Assembly: GCF_006345805.1 (NCBI RefSeq)
Contig: NC_043007.1
Location: forward strand, 61,628,001 to 61,692,000
Length of the DNA stretch: 64,000 nt
Source: Octopus sinensis
Lineage: Eukaryota
Reading direction: 5' to 3'
Below the pieces are notes generated by a model. It had not been told where the DNA came from. It saw nothing but the letters and a program-made list of their open reading frames with translations, and did no database searches. The position numbers and the translations under genes were made by a program. Below are positions 30,431-43,434 of this stretch, in pieces. Within the stretch, counting starts at the first letter, position 1. The number at the start of each line of letters is the position of its first letter.

Positions 30431-31789
30431 CATGTGGAAGTTGTGTTGTGATATATCGCGCAACAAGATCCTCACTACCTCCATGTTCACCCTACTTTGC
30501 AAACAGTGGAAAAATTTCGGAGAACATGAACAGTAGAAGTACAATAAAGGTTGTTTTCTCTCTTCTGTTACTCTATTTTTCATTAAAAGACTTTTTCTCC
30601 GCAATAAAGTGTTTGATAGGAATATAAAATAATTATATTATTTACATTAATGTCGGAATATCTAAATAGTTCGGCTTCCGAGCAATGATATTTGTTGAAT
30701 AAGATTCCTAACACTTGGAACACTTAAACATGGAAGATAAAGTTTAGGAGAAAGGAGTTTCGATAGGGTATCGGTGCGTGTGCAGAATGCTTTGAATGGA
30801 AGTGAAAATTTTCGCATTATTTTACCAAACGGTATGAAGATAGTTTGTGCCGGCTGAAAACTGAAGGTCACAGTAGCCTAAATCTGTTGAATAGAAATGA
30901 AAATAGCAATTTTATTTTTAGAATCTTTTATTTCATCGAAACAAGACTAAGTTTTATACTATAACCATTGTGTTAAATCTAAGTCCTTGCATTGGATGGC
31001 ATTTATTTGTAATTCTCAATATAGCTTGGTTATGTATCTGACTCTAAAATTAGAATTATTTGTTCTTTTTCAAAATGCTCAACCTCATATTGAGTGAATC
31101 AGACAATAGCTGGTATTTACAAATATACCAACAGGCCTATATGAAGGGTACAAAGTAAACTACTCCAAGGACATTTCTTGAGAACTCGATAACAGGCGCA
31201 AATAACGACAAAGCAACTTCCGTCATTTCAGTAGAATGGTCTTTTCACGAAGATTTTTACGCAGATTTACGTTAAGCCAGTTTATTGAATGAATGATTTG
31301 CTGGACAATAGTAGTGGAATCTAAGCCGGTTTTCCGAGCGGTCTCTATTTTTTCTTTTTCTTATCTTTTGTAATCACATAGTCTTACAAAGAAACAGGCC
31401 TGCGAGAACGATGAAAAGATATGTAGTTAGAGTGTAAAGAAGGTGAAACAGTGGAGGATATGTTATTAGCTTTCTAATAGGTGGGTGTTCCAATTCCTTG
31501 TCACTGATTCATTTCTCTTTCTGAGAAGTCAGCCAAACTCTAAGTGTTTCAGTTCGTCTAGTTACTGGCAATATATGCGAGATTTTTTTCTTTGAAAGAT
31601 TTATCTGTTGTCAAATATCTCTAATTAAGAATAATATAAAAAATGAGTCAGAAGAGTGTTTGAGATAAATATCCTTCCCTGGAGGGTGATAAATAGTAGT
31701 GGAGGACAAAATGAGCTGGGTTTTATACATTTTCTCCTAATTACAATCGCTACTCTCATTTCTCTACTCCCCGAAGTCATTAATGAAAA

Positions 31790-32546
31790 TCTCTAATCAC
31801 AGGAATAAACATAACTGACTCAACTTATCTATTTAGCTCCTCAACCAACATCAATAAACCACAACAGACACACTCACACTCAATGCAGGCATATATATTA
31901 AACAGTTCATATATTAAACTGTGGAGTTCAATATGGAACATTATTATGTTTGTTGATGTATATTGATCTATATTGTTTATATTGTATTATTGTGTATATA
32001 TATATATGTAAGAATATGAGTATGTATGCACTCATATTTATATTTATATGTAAATTATTTAGGATTTGTACTCATACTTGCATTAAAATCTCTGAAGAGG
32101 CCATAAGATATTCTTGTTAATATCTCATTTATACCTGCATTATATGGCTAATAGGTTAAATGAGACATACCTGTCTTCATGGCCGAAACAGCTGTCAGCT
32201 ACAATGTAAATGTATTTCTATGTCTTGTTATATTTATTTAGTTATATTTCACCATATTGATTGTAATTATTGTACTATATTAATGTATAATATCATATCT
32301 ATTGTGTAGTGTTTTAATAAAGTATTGATTCGGTATTATCTGATAGTTGATGATTGATTTAGATATATTTCTCCATTCCTCATTTTGTATTATTAATTTA
32401 CGGTAAAAATAATTTTACCTTTGCCCACCTAATACAGTAAATGAATTAATTGCATCGCAATTTTTAACATTATATTAGCTTTGTGGGGTACTTCTCTAGC
32501 AGTATATTGGATATATGTTATCCATGGAGGGTTGAATTTACAACCC
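31790..32546 (+). mobile_element. Penelope-like element 3' end / pseudo-LTR
   Basis: AT-rich tail containing a hammerhead motif and ending in (TA)n. Weak similarity of KSLITGINITDSTYLF to PLE C-termini. Confidence 0.45.
32089..32199 (+). ncRNA. Type I hammerhead ribozyme-like motif with long stem II
   Basis: CTGAAGA (32092-32098), GGCCAT...ATGGCC stem II, GAAAC-AGCT-GTC. Stem I is only ~2 bp. Confidence 0.6.
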
Positions 32547-32557
32547 CTATCTCATTT

Positions 32558-32621
<64 letters not shown>

Positions 32622-32791
32622 TATATATATATAGATAAATATAATAATATAAATATATACATGTATGTATATATATACATGTATGTATATATATGAATAT
32701 ATATATATGTATGTATATATATGAATATATATATATATCTGTATGTATGTATATATATGAATATATATATATGTATGTAGTATATATATGA

Positions 32792-32823
<32 letters not shown>

Positions 32824-32849
32824 ATATATGAATATATATATATGTATGT

Positions 32850-33076
32850 ATATACTCTTCTACTTGTTTCGGTCATTTGACTGCGGCCATGCTGGAGCAC
32901 TGCCTTTAGTCGAGCAAATCGACCCCGGGACTTTTCTTTGTAAGCCAGTACTTATTCTATCGGTCTCTTTTGCCGAACCAGCATCGGTTGTCAAGCATGC
33001 TAGGGGGACAAAAACACACACACAAACAACACACACACATACACCACACACACCACACACACACACACACACACTC

Positions 33077-33132
<56 letters not shown>

Positions 33133-33680
33133 CTTTGATACTTTGATAGGTTTCGGCCATTATTGGCCCAGACCATGTCTAACTTAATAGCACCACCTGG
33201 TGAAGTCTTTCAAGTGAGATTTGGGGCACTATGGCCCACTCAAGTAGAGAGTTATTGTTTACAGAGACATATCCGGGTGTAGGGGGTTTATCCGGGATTT
33301 CTTGGAAGGAATCTGTCCAGAGACTTCTTGAACCCTATAGGGTCAGTTTCTGTTTTAATGTGTTTTGGTGTAATGTTAGAGAGAGCGGGGCCAATTGAGG
33401 TGAAATAATTGTGCCGTATTGTTGTTATGAGATGAGAGTGCGATTTTTGTTTTGGGCGGATGGCACGGGGCCCAAGCCTTGGATGTACCTTAAAGGTGAT
33501 GCCAACATCATATACGACAGGCTTCATTCAGTTTCCGTCTACCAAATCCACTCACAAGGCATTGGCCGGCCCGGGGCTATAGAAGAAGACACTTGCCCAA
33601 GATGCCACGCAGTGGGACTGAACCCGGAACCATGTGGCTGGTTAGCAAGCTACTTACCACACAGCCACTCCTGCGCCTAT
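32850..33680 (-). mobile_element. SINE family B split by (TA)n and a CR1-like insertion
   Basis: Tail half at 32850-33060, head half at 33510-33680. Confidence 0.8.
33140..33510 (-). mobile_element. CR1/L2-group LINE 3' fragment
   Basis: HPRLGPRA...NYFTSIGPAL.NI.PKHIK...FKKSLDRFL. Confidence 0.65.
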
Positions 33681-33682
33681 GA

Positions 33683-33723
<41 letters not shown>

Positions 33724-34428
33724 TATGAATATATATGTATGAATATATATATGAATATATGATGTATATATATATGAATATATGTATGTATATATATATG
33801 AATATATTTATGTATGTATATATATATCTATGTGTATATATATGAATATATGTATGTATGTATGTATATATATGAATATATACATGTATGTATATATATG
33901 AATATATATATATGTATGTATATATATGAATATATATATATATGTATGTATGTATATATATGAATATATATATATGTATGTATATGTATATGAATATATA
34001 TATGTATGTATATATATGAATATATATATGTATGAATATATATATGAATATATGTATGTATATATATATGAATATATGTATCTATATATATATGAATATA
34101 TGTATGTATAATATATATATATATATATATATATATGAATATAATTTCAACAATTGAGGGTAAAATTAATTAATTATTAATCAATTTCACCAAGTATTCA
34201 GTATGTAAAGGGACCATTTTAGGCGAATTCAAAATATTACATTATATATAAGGGCTTAGTAAAATAAATTACTTTGCCACATACTGAACTCATTAGAAAT
34301 AGCAGCTAAAGAAATTTCTTCAGCTATTTCTAATACTTAAAGAAGATCTCTCTCAGATAGTGTCTGCCTAAACCAACTCACAAAGGTATGGGGGAAAAAA
34401 CATTAAAAAATCAAGTGCAAAGGTTATT

Positions 34429-34480
34429 TGAGAACGTACGTTTCTAGATTAGTCAATTCGACATTTATTTCGTCAGCTCA
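34429..34480 (-). ncRNA. Minimal type I hammerhead ribozyme motif
   Basis: Reverse complement of 34935-34986 with one substitution in stem II. Confidence 0.65.
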
Positions 34481-34934
34481 GAATCCTTGAATCGGATTTG
34501 GAACACTGAAAGTCGGGAGCATACCCTTTCGCTTCTCATCACCTCTAGAATTCTGCTCGAACTAAAAGTGCTATCAAATCCGAATATGCAAGCGAAGAAT
34601 TTCTGCTCTCCCCTTTCCACCAGCGTGGGTTAAAATTGACAAACACCATGTATTAACGGTGAAAACCGCAGCATTTAACAGAGAGAGATGAATTATAATT
34701 TCAACAATTGAGGGTAAAATTAATTAATTATTAATCAATTTCACCAAGTATTCAGTATGTAAAGGGACCATTTTAGGCGAATTCAAAATATTACATTATA
34801 TATAAGCAGAAATTCTTCGCTTGCATATTCGGATTTGATAGCACTTTTAGTTCGAGCAGAATTCTAGAGGTGATGAGAAGCCGAAAGGGTATGCTCCCGA
34901 CTTTCAGTGTTCCCAAATCCGATTCAAGGAATTC

Positions 34935-34986
34935 TGAGCTGACGAAAGAAATGTCGAATTGACTAATCTAGAAACGTACGTTCTCA
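34935..34986 (+). ncRNA. Minimal type I hammerhead ribozyme motif
   Basis: TGAG-CTGACGA-[AAGA..GTC-GAATT-GAC..TCTA]-GAAAC-GTAC-GTT-CTCA. Stem I is TGAG/CTCA and loop III is palindromic. Confidence 0.7.
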
Positions 34987-35490
34987 AATAACCTTTGCAC
35001 TTGATTTTTTAATGTTTTTTCCCCCATACCTTTGTGAGTTGGTTTAGGCAAACACTATCTGAGAGAGATCTTCTTTAAGTATTAGAAATAGCTGAAGAAA
35101 TTTCTTTAGCTGCTATTTCTAATGAGTTCAGTATGTGGCAAAGTAATTTATTTTACTAAGCCCTTATATATAATGTAATATTTTGAATTCGCCTAAAATG
35201 GTCCCTTTACATACTGAATACTTGGTGAAATTGATTAATAATTAATTAATTTTACCCTCAATTGTTGAAATTATAATTCATCTCTCTCTGTTAAATGCTG
35301 CGGTTTTCACCGTTAATACATGGTGTTTGTCAATTTTAACCCACGCTGGTGGAAAGGGGAGAGCAGAAATTCTTCGCTGCATATTCGGATTTGATAGCAC
35401 TTTTAGTTCGAGCAGAATTCTAGAGGTGATGAGAAGCCGAAAGGGTATGCTCCCGACTTTCAGTGTTCCCAAATCCGATTCAAGGAATTC

Positions 35491-35542
35491 TGAGCTGACG
35501 AAAGAAATGTCGAATTGACTAATCTAGAAACGTACGTTCTCA
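35491..35542 (+). ncRNA. Minimal type I hammerhead ribozyme motif
   Basis: Identical to 34935-34986, 556 nt downstream. Confidence 0.7.
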
Positions 35543-35774
35543 AATAACCTTTGCACTTGATTTTTTAATGTTTTTTCCCCCATACCTTTGTGAGTTGGTT
35601 TAGGCAAACACTATCTGAGAGAGATCTTCTTTAAGTATTAGAAATAGCTGAAGAAATTTCTTTAGCTGCTATTTCTAATGAGTTCAGTATGTGGCAAAGT
35701 AATTTATTTTACTAAGCTCTATATATAATATATATGAATATATATATCTATGTGTATATATATATGAATATATC

Positions 35775-35818
<44 letters not shown>

Positions 35819-35941
35819 TATATATATATATATGTAAAGATATTATGTATATATATGATAATATGTATGTATGTATATATATGAATATATGTATGTATGT
35901 GTATATATATATATGAATATATGTATGTATGTATGTATGTA

Positions 35942-35977
<36 letters not shown>

Positions 35978-36339
35978 TGTATGTATGTATGTATGTATGT
36001 ATGTATGTATATATGTATGTATAGCTATCATCTCTATCTGGAGCAGTAACTCGCAAACTGGCGAATACCAACTTCCTCAATATTGGTGACATTTTATGCC
36101 CTTACCCTTCCTAAGAATTTTCTCAAATTTGATACCTATACACAATACTTCCATCTTATCAGTAGTAAATCAACAAGAAACTTGAAGCTAGTTTTCAGTT
36201 CATTTGTATCTTTTTTCCTCACTAATAGTATTATATATTTTTACATTATTTTCTAAGACTTATTCCTTTCGGTAGGTTTTTCTCTCTTTGATATTGATAA
36301 TTTTCAGCTACGAAATGACTCTTTCTCCTATATCTTTTA

Positions 36340-36560
36340 TCCATTATCTTTTATCTTCTACTTGCTTCAGCCATTTGATTGAAGCCATGCTGGGCTATCA
36401 TCTTGAGTGGCTTTAGTAGAACTTATTTTTTAAAGCCTCTTATTATAACGGTCTCTTTTGTCAAATTGCTAAGTTACGGGGACGTAAACATACAACACCG
36501 GTTGTAAAGCGACGGTAGGTAACAAATACAGACACAAAGACACACACACACACACACGTG

Positions 36561-36622
<62 letters not shown>

Positions 36623-36790
36623 CATATATATATACGACGTGCTTTTTTCAGTTGCCGTCTACCAAATCTACTCAATACTTTGGTTAGCCCGAGGTTACAA
36701 TAAAAGATACTTGCCCAAGGTGCCACGCAGTGGGACTGAACCCGGAACTATGTGGTTGAAAAGCAAGTTTCTTTCCATACATCCACGCAA
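36340..36790 (-). mobile_element. SINE family B
   Basis: ACTTGCCCAAGGTGCCACGCAGTGGGACTGAACCCGGAAC core with internal (CA)n. Confidence 0.8.
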
Positions 36791-38097
36791 GCCAACCCCT
36801 TCCGTGAACCAGTATGGCATTGTGACATGTACTAAGCTTTCGTTCACGAGCAATTATAGCCACCATCTCGACCGTCGTCCCATCTTTTGATCAGGTGGCA
36901 CATTCAGAATGCGACAAAAGGAGGCAGAGAGAACGGCATCAGCACTAGGCTAGTACTCATTTTCAGCTAAGTAGATTTGAGCAACATGGAATAAGGTGCT
37001 TTGCTCAAAGAGAAAGCTGGCCGCCCGCTCCATGAATCTGAACCACGACATAATAATCGTGAGCTGTACATCCCTAATCACTAGGACATGCACCCTCACA
37101 TCCTTTATGTCTGAATATCAAATTGATATTTGCTTTTGAAACCGCACCTGTATAAAATATCCATGTGTATAATATTTATAGTGCTATACAAACCGTGGAA
37201 ATGCACAAGCTATAATATTTTGCTGCAGAGAAACTTCACAACGATACTTGTATGTTACAAGCACAGGATTTGTGGGTCACCACACACGATGTTTCGATCT
37301 GACCTATGCTCTTCACCGAACGTTCTGACCCAAACCGAAAAATGCTTGTTCCAATCTAGAGATCTTACAGCTAGTGCCGTTCCACGTTTGTATATACTTT
37401 ATAAATGTTATACACATCTTTTCTATCAATGAAATTATTAACTTTGTACGTTATTGCAAAAAAATATCTTAATTGCACTACAAAAACCTCTGATTTGTAT
37501 ACAAACCTAACTGTTGCATTACTTTTATATATTTCATACTTTATTCTTATATTAATTTTTTCCTTATTCTTTTTCCCTTCCTTTTCGGCTTTCAAACCTT
37601 TCTTTGTTATTTTCTCTTTTTTTTTTTTACTTCATGCTACCAAGAAATTCCTATCTTTTTTTCCCCTCGCTGTAGCTCTCTGTTTTTCAGCTTTGAACAT
37701 ATAACAACCACGACAAACTTGATTGCAGTTAAATTTACTCAAATTATGCAGAAGATATTTTGCTTCATTTATTGATTTAACATCCTTTCTTTACTCTTAG
37801 CTTTGGTTTCATAGATATGTCTATTCTCTTTGCTTTGGTTTCATAGATATGTCTATAAGCACGAGGGAGTATATTTCTGCTTCCAACTCCAATCTGTAAA
37901 AAAATCTTTTTCCAAAGTTCAATGTTTAACAGATACGGCATCTGCATACAACAACAATCCTATAACAGTGCTTTAATAAACGCGACTCTGACACACTTGT
38001 ACTTCTTCTGATCCACTTATATAATCCTAAATATTTTAAACTCGCTCTTTAGGGAGTCCTCTCCTTATTGCCTCCCCAAGCCATAGTCACTTCAACA

Positions 38098-38155
<58 letters not shown>

Positions 38156-38159
38156 TTAA

Positions 38160-38450
38160 AAACTTTGTTCTTATTTTATCGGTCCTTTTTGCCGAAATGC
38201 TCAGTTACGAGAACGTAAATACACTAAGATCGGTTGCCAAGCGGTGGGGGGGGGGACAAATACAGACACAAAGACACACACACATAGGTATATGAATATA
38301 TACATATATCCATTTCCATCTATCAAATCCATTCACAAAGCTTTGCTCGGCTCGAAGCTATCGTAGAAGACACTCAATGTTGCCATGCAGTGAGACTGAA
38401 CCCAGATCCATGTAGTTGGGAAGCAAGCTTCTTACCACACAGCCACCCCT
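38160..38450 (-). mobile_element. SINE family B
   Basis: Same core motifs as the other family B copies. Confidence 0.75.
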
Positions 38451-38470
38451 GTTATACATATGCATATACA

Positions 38471-38501
<31 letters not shown>

Positions 38502-38687
38502 GTACATATAAGTATATATGTACAAACACACACATACATTAAAGAGATAGATGGATAGACAAATAGAAGGAGAGAGAGAGAAACAGACAGACAGAGAGAC
38601 CGATGGACAGATAGATATGACCTCGTGTAGACTACCTGCAATTTTTTTTCCTCTGTCCTCCCGTCTTGGGATGTTTCTTTCTCCTAT

Positions 38688-38722
38688 GTTTCCGACGAAG
38701 AGCTCCGCTCGAAACGTCAAAC
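38688..38722 (+). ncRNA. Ultra-minimal hammerhead-like motif with variant core
   Basis: GTTT-CCGACGA-A-GAGC-TCC-GCTC-GAAA-CGTC-AAAC. Confidence 0.45.
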
Positions 38723-38821
38723 CCTCCTCCTTCCCTTCTTTCCTGAGCGTCCAATAATACTTTATTTGTTCCACATCCTTGCGTTGTTGTTTTTTGTTTT
38801 TTTGTTTTCATGTTTGGATTA

Positions 38822-38861
<40 letters not shown>

Positions 38862-38994
38862 AATATATTCTTTTACTTGTTTCAGTCATTTGACTGCGGC
38901 CATGCTGGAGTACTGCCTTGCATTATATGCATTTAAATATGTTTATAGATACATATATAAATATATGTGAATATGTATCAAAATATTTATGTAT

Positions 38995-39224
38995 ATGCTT
39001 ATGTGTTTGTATGTATGTATGTATGTATGTATGTATGTATGTATGATGTATGTATGTATGTATGTATGTATGTATGTATCTGTGTATCTGGTTTCAAAAT
39101 TTGCGGAGCCTTTTTTCCATCGGTAAATATTAATGGTCACCCAACCACCCTAATGTTAATACGTTGTGTGTGTGTGTGTACGTGCACATCTATAAAAGTA
39201 TAAGTATGTGTGTATATATGTAGG

Positions 39225-39256
<32 letters not shown>

Positions 39257-39279
39257 ATCTATCTATCTATCTATCTATC

Positions 39280-39311
<32 letters not shown>

Positions 39312-39324
39312 ATCTATCTATCTC

Positions 39325-39360
<36 letters not shown>

Positions 39361-39371
39361 CTATCTATCTA

Positions 39372-39412
<41 letters not shown>

Positions 39413-39444
39413 TTATCTATATCTATCTATCTATATGTATGTAA

Positions 39445-39488
<44 letters not shown>

Positions 39489-39526
39489 GATATATATATC
39501 TTTATCTATATCTATCTATCTATATG

Positions 39527-39590
<64 letters not shown>

Positions 39591-39715
39591 TATAGGTATA
39601 TATATATAGAGAGAGAGAGAGAGAAAGAGAGAGGAAGAGAAAGAGTGAGTGAGTGAGAGAGAGACAGATGTATGTATGTATGTATGTATGTATGTATGTA
39701 TGTATGTATGTATGA
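38995..39715. repeat. Compound microsatellite field (TATG, TCTA, TA, GA)
   Basis: Read directly. Confidence 0.9.
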
Positions 39716-40367
39716 AGTGTTTCTGTTTACAAGTAGATGTGTTCAAATAATATTTGCAGTGTTTATCAAAGAGTCATGCAGGACACGATATGTAAATAAA
39801 CATAAAGTATACATGATCTCAAAACGCCTTAGAAACTTCGTCCAATTGACTCTACCCAGTCGCTCTTGTTTACTCATCATCTTCGTAATGAGTTCCTAAG
39901 TGCTATCTTTGCCCGCCCTTGTTGATACTGTACACCTTTGCGCCTTGCCTTTTTAAACGTTAAGCCACTTCATTTGCATATCGAGCGAGCAATTCTTTAG
40001 TTCTTTTCGTCGCCTCTCAGATATTTTTCTTTCTTTCTTTCTTTCCTTATTTTTCTTTTCACCTTCTTATTTTCTTTGTTTCTGTTTCTGTGAATTAATT
40101 CAGTCTTGATTTCTTTTCCATGTCTTTTTTCTTCTTTTCTTTTTCTTTACATTGTCGCGTCGTAACACAAAACATGTTCTACAGGGTGGATAAGATGTAG
40201 GCGTTTGCCTTTAAATAACAAGTTTTGCCTAGCAACTTTCGTATTCTATGCTAATCCTCCTAAACGTAAGAACCAAACTTTAGCAAGAATTTGAAGCTAA
40301 TTGCCAGAAAGCTATCCACTTCAAAATTATATAGTCAATTATTTGCCAGTTTTCATAACCCGGTAAC

Positions 40368-40641
40368 ATGATGGCAAACGGGCTTTTCTGGTCCACATTC
40401 ACAGCAATGTTTCTTTCGGCCTATAGCCTAACAGCATCAGCTCAGAACTATCGAATGTGCGATGGGAATCGAACTGGTACTTTTGCAGACCCTTCTGACT
40501 GTCGATTTTTCATTTTCTGTCTTAATGGCCAGCCCAAACGTTACCAGTGCCACAATCAAAAAATATATTCAACCAAAACGAAAACCTGTGTGTCTGCAAG
40601 CGAAGCCATTGGAGAATGCACCAGTGTGTTCAAACGAACGA
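40368..40641 (+). CDS. Coding exon 1 of a secreted multi-chitin-binding (peritrophin-A/CBM14) protein: signal peptide plus domain 1
   Basis: MMANGLFWSTFTAMFLSAYSLTASA|Q, then CDGNRTGTFADPSDCRFFIFC...C...IYSTKTKTC...C. Phase-1 donor A|GTAAGT at 40641/40642. Candidate acceptor TTTGCCAG| ends at 40349. Confidence 0.9.
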
Positions 40642-40802
40642 GTAAGTTTTATATAAGCTTTAATCATCTTAATGTTCTTTGTTTCTATCTACAGCCATAG
40701 CAAAAGATTTGTTGCTTTTCTGAAATTGCTGCTCCTATGTTACTCACCGTCTAGATCTATTTTCCGAACGATATGTCCTTCTTTTGTCATCCGCATAATA
40801 TC

Positions 40803-40950
40803 GGCGGCGAGTTGGCAGAATCGTTAGAGCCTCGGACAGAATGCTTGGCGGTAGTTGATCCAACTCACTGCACTCTGAGTTCAAACGTCATCACGATCAA
40901 CTTTGCTTTTCATCCTTCTGGAGATTGATAAAAAAAATGTACTAGTTTAA
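40803..40950 (+). mobile_element. SINE family A
   Basis: GGCGGCGAGTTGGCAGAATCGTTAG head. Confidence 0.8.
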
Positions 40951-42414
40951 GGTAGTGGTTGAAAATATGGAACTGTAAGTTCGTCAAACTGGATGGTTTG
41001 CCGTATTCGTTCTGGCTTCTCAAATACCGCAAAGCGCTACTCGGGTTGTGGGCTTAGCCCGTAGCTCTGTTTATCATCACCACCGGACACCTTAAATGCC
41101 TTTATGGGAATCCGCTCTGTTCTAAACATTTGGGACAGGTTTCGAGTTTGAAGATATCTTCTTCCTTTCCTCCCACCTCTCGGTGGGCAGATGGGATGAC
41201 TGTAACAGCTAATGGGCCTGCTTCCCCCCTTCCCGATTAAGATAACTTTAAAAGATCTTTTAACGATATCTTTCAAATAAGGTCTTCTTCCTGTTTCTTC
41301 TATATTATATTCCATTGGAAGTTCATGCTTGCTTCATGTTACATTTATCACTCTAATGCAGTTATTATAACTTCCTTCTTAGCGCTAGAGGAACAAACAA
41401 GCTTTGGGCAGTGCGTTTAATACGCTGTTTGCATTACAAATATGTTTAGTTACGTTCCGACTGCGCAGCACGTCTCTCAGAAAGAGGCGACATGCCCAAG
41501 AAGCTCATAGTGTGTGTGTGTGTGTAGTGACACGTTGCAACAACCTGCTAGAAATGGTTGTCAAACCTTCCTCAAATCACACTCTACCATCTTTAAAAGA
41601 GCAGATAGAATAGTGTAGTATGCGATATACAAAAAGATGGGATAGTCTTGACTTGAATGCTTTTGATCATAAGTCTGCTCAGGCAGAACTAGCCTAGGCT
41701 TTAAGCAACAACGACATATTCAATAAAACGTTAGGACCAAGTGACACGCTTTGACCTTGGATAAGACAGTACACCCAGATATTTTTGGGGAAAGAGAGAG
41801 GAATGGAGAGAAGAGGGAAAGAGAAAGAGAATGACTTTCTATGGAATATTAGAAGAAAATGAGCGCTCAATAATGCGATAATATTCTCAAGTGGCATCGG
41901 AACAAATTACAGTAAAATAGAATCAACAGTGGCGTCTGCGTAATCCAAAACAAAGAATCAGTTTCAACATGTAACGGAGAATTTACCCTTTTCCGTCCTA
42001 CTGACAGTCTGTCGATGAACCATTCTACATCGTTATCATTATCCTCATTATCTCTCCTATCATAGTGATTACATTCATATAGCAATTACCTTGCCTACCA
42101 TTGATGCACTCACTCGTGTACTTCTTTCGCTAGTTAAATTTTTTGTTGCTACTGCCATCTCAACGAAAACCAAAACCGTGTCCAGCATAGTCTTTAACAA
42201 ATGGGAAATGTTTAAGAGGCAGCGTGGAAATGGGAGATGAATATGATGGTGGTGGTGGTCTTTCATAAAAGTATTTAGCGGCGGAATTGAATGTCTTTCA
42301 TTATTGCTTTTGTAGAGTTATGCCGAAAAGCTGCAGTTGCATGTAGGACAGATTCGGCTATTAGTCGTGTGAGAATGCCTAGCAGTAGTGTGAGAATGCC
42401 TAGCCCTCTCACTC

Positions 42415-42488
<74 letters not shown>

Positions 42489-42489
42489 T

Positions 42490-43165
42490 TAGCGCGTCGG
42501 ACAAAATGCTTAACGGCATTTCTTCCAGCTTTATGTTCTGAGTTCAAATCCCGCTGAGGCCCCCGACACCTACAAAATAAAATACCAGTCAAGTACTAGG
42601 GTAGATAATATCTACTATCTGGTATCAAAAGCAGCGAGCCGGCAGAATCGTTAGCACGCCGGACAAAATGCCGCTAAGCATTTTGTCCGTCTTTACGTTC
42701 TCAATTCAAATTCCATCAAAATCGACTTTGCCTTTCATCCTTTCGAAGTCGATAAAATATGTGCCAGTTAATCCCTGGGGTTGATGTAGTTAACTAGCTC
42801 CCTCCCCAAAGCTTCAGGCCTTGTATCGGTATTAGGAAGGATTATTATTACTATTATTATTATAGCTTTCGATAAACATACTTTTACAAGTTCGTAAGTT
42901 TCTAAAAAATATCGGGTTACTTTCTGTATTAAATATATTTAGTCTAGTATTTTTGCGAACAAGTTATAGAGATGGAGATGAAGAAACTTTTCATAGCGGC
43001 AATTTCGTTCGTCTTTATGTTCTGTGTTAAAATTCCGCCGCGGTCCACTTTGCCTTTCATCCTTTCGGGGTCGATAAAATAAGTATCAGTTGAGTACTGG
43101 CGTCGATGTAATCGACTTACGCCCTACCTCGAAACTGCTGGACTTGTGTGAAAATTTGAAGTCAA
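42490..43165 (+). mobile_element. Cluster of three SINE family A copies after (AAT)n at 42415-42486
   Basis: Repeated GTTCAAAT...TTTGCCTTTCATCC cores. Confidence 0.8.
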
Positions 43166-43434
43166 TCCAAAAGATATTTGTCGATTTAGCATCCACTGAG
43201 AGTTGTAGGAGTGACTAAACTCCTGTAGTTATAGTTAAGACAAAACGAAAAAGACTATTAAAGCTTAATTAACTATAACAAATTGTTTGAGACTCGAAAA
43301 CGAAAAGTTAAAGCTGTTAAACACAGCCTCGAAAACTTAGAATCCTTAGGAAAATGTAACGTTAAACCTGCTTTAGTAAAATTGCATATATAGATGTGTG
43401 TGGTGTGTGTGTGTGTGTGCGCGCGCGCGTGCGT

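Larger units (their letters stand above)
34141..35717. mobile_element. Tandem plus inverted array of a ~556-nt non-coding unit carrying a hammerhead motif (retrozyme or PLE pseudo-LTR-like)
   Basis: 34141-34805 holds ~1.2 units in one orientation; 34806-35717 holds ~1.6 units in the opposite orientation. Copies are near-identical and embedded in (TA)n. Confidence 0.8.

Noticed and set aside
34860-34900. GTGATGAGAAGCCGAAAG as another hammerhead
   Set aside because: No stem II or stem I pairing around the core-like words.
37795-37857. ~31-bp direct duplication (CTTTGGTTTCATAGATATGTCTAT twice)
   Set aside because: Ordinary local slippage duplication with no further structure.
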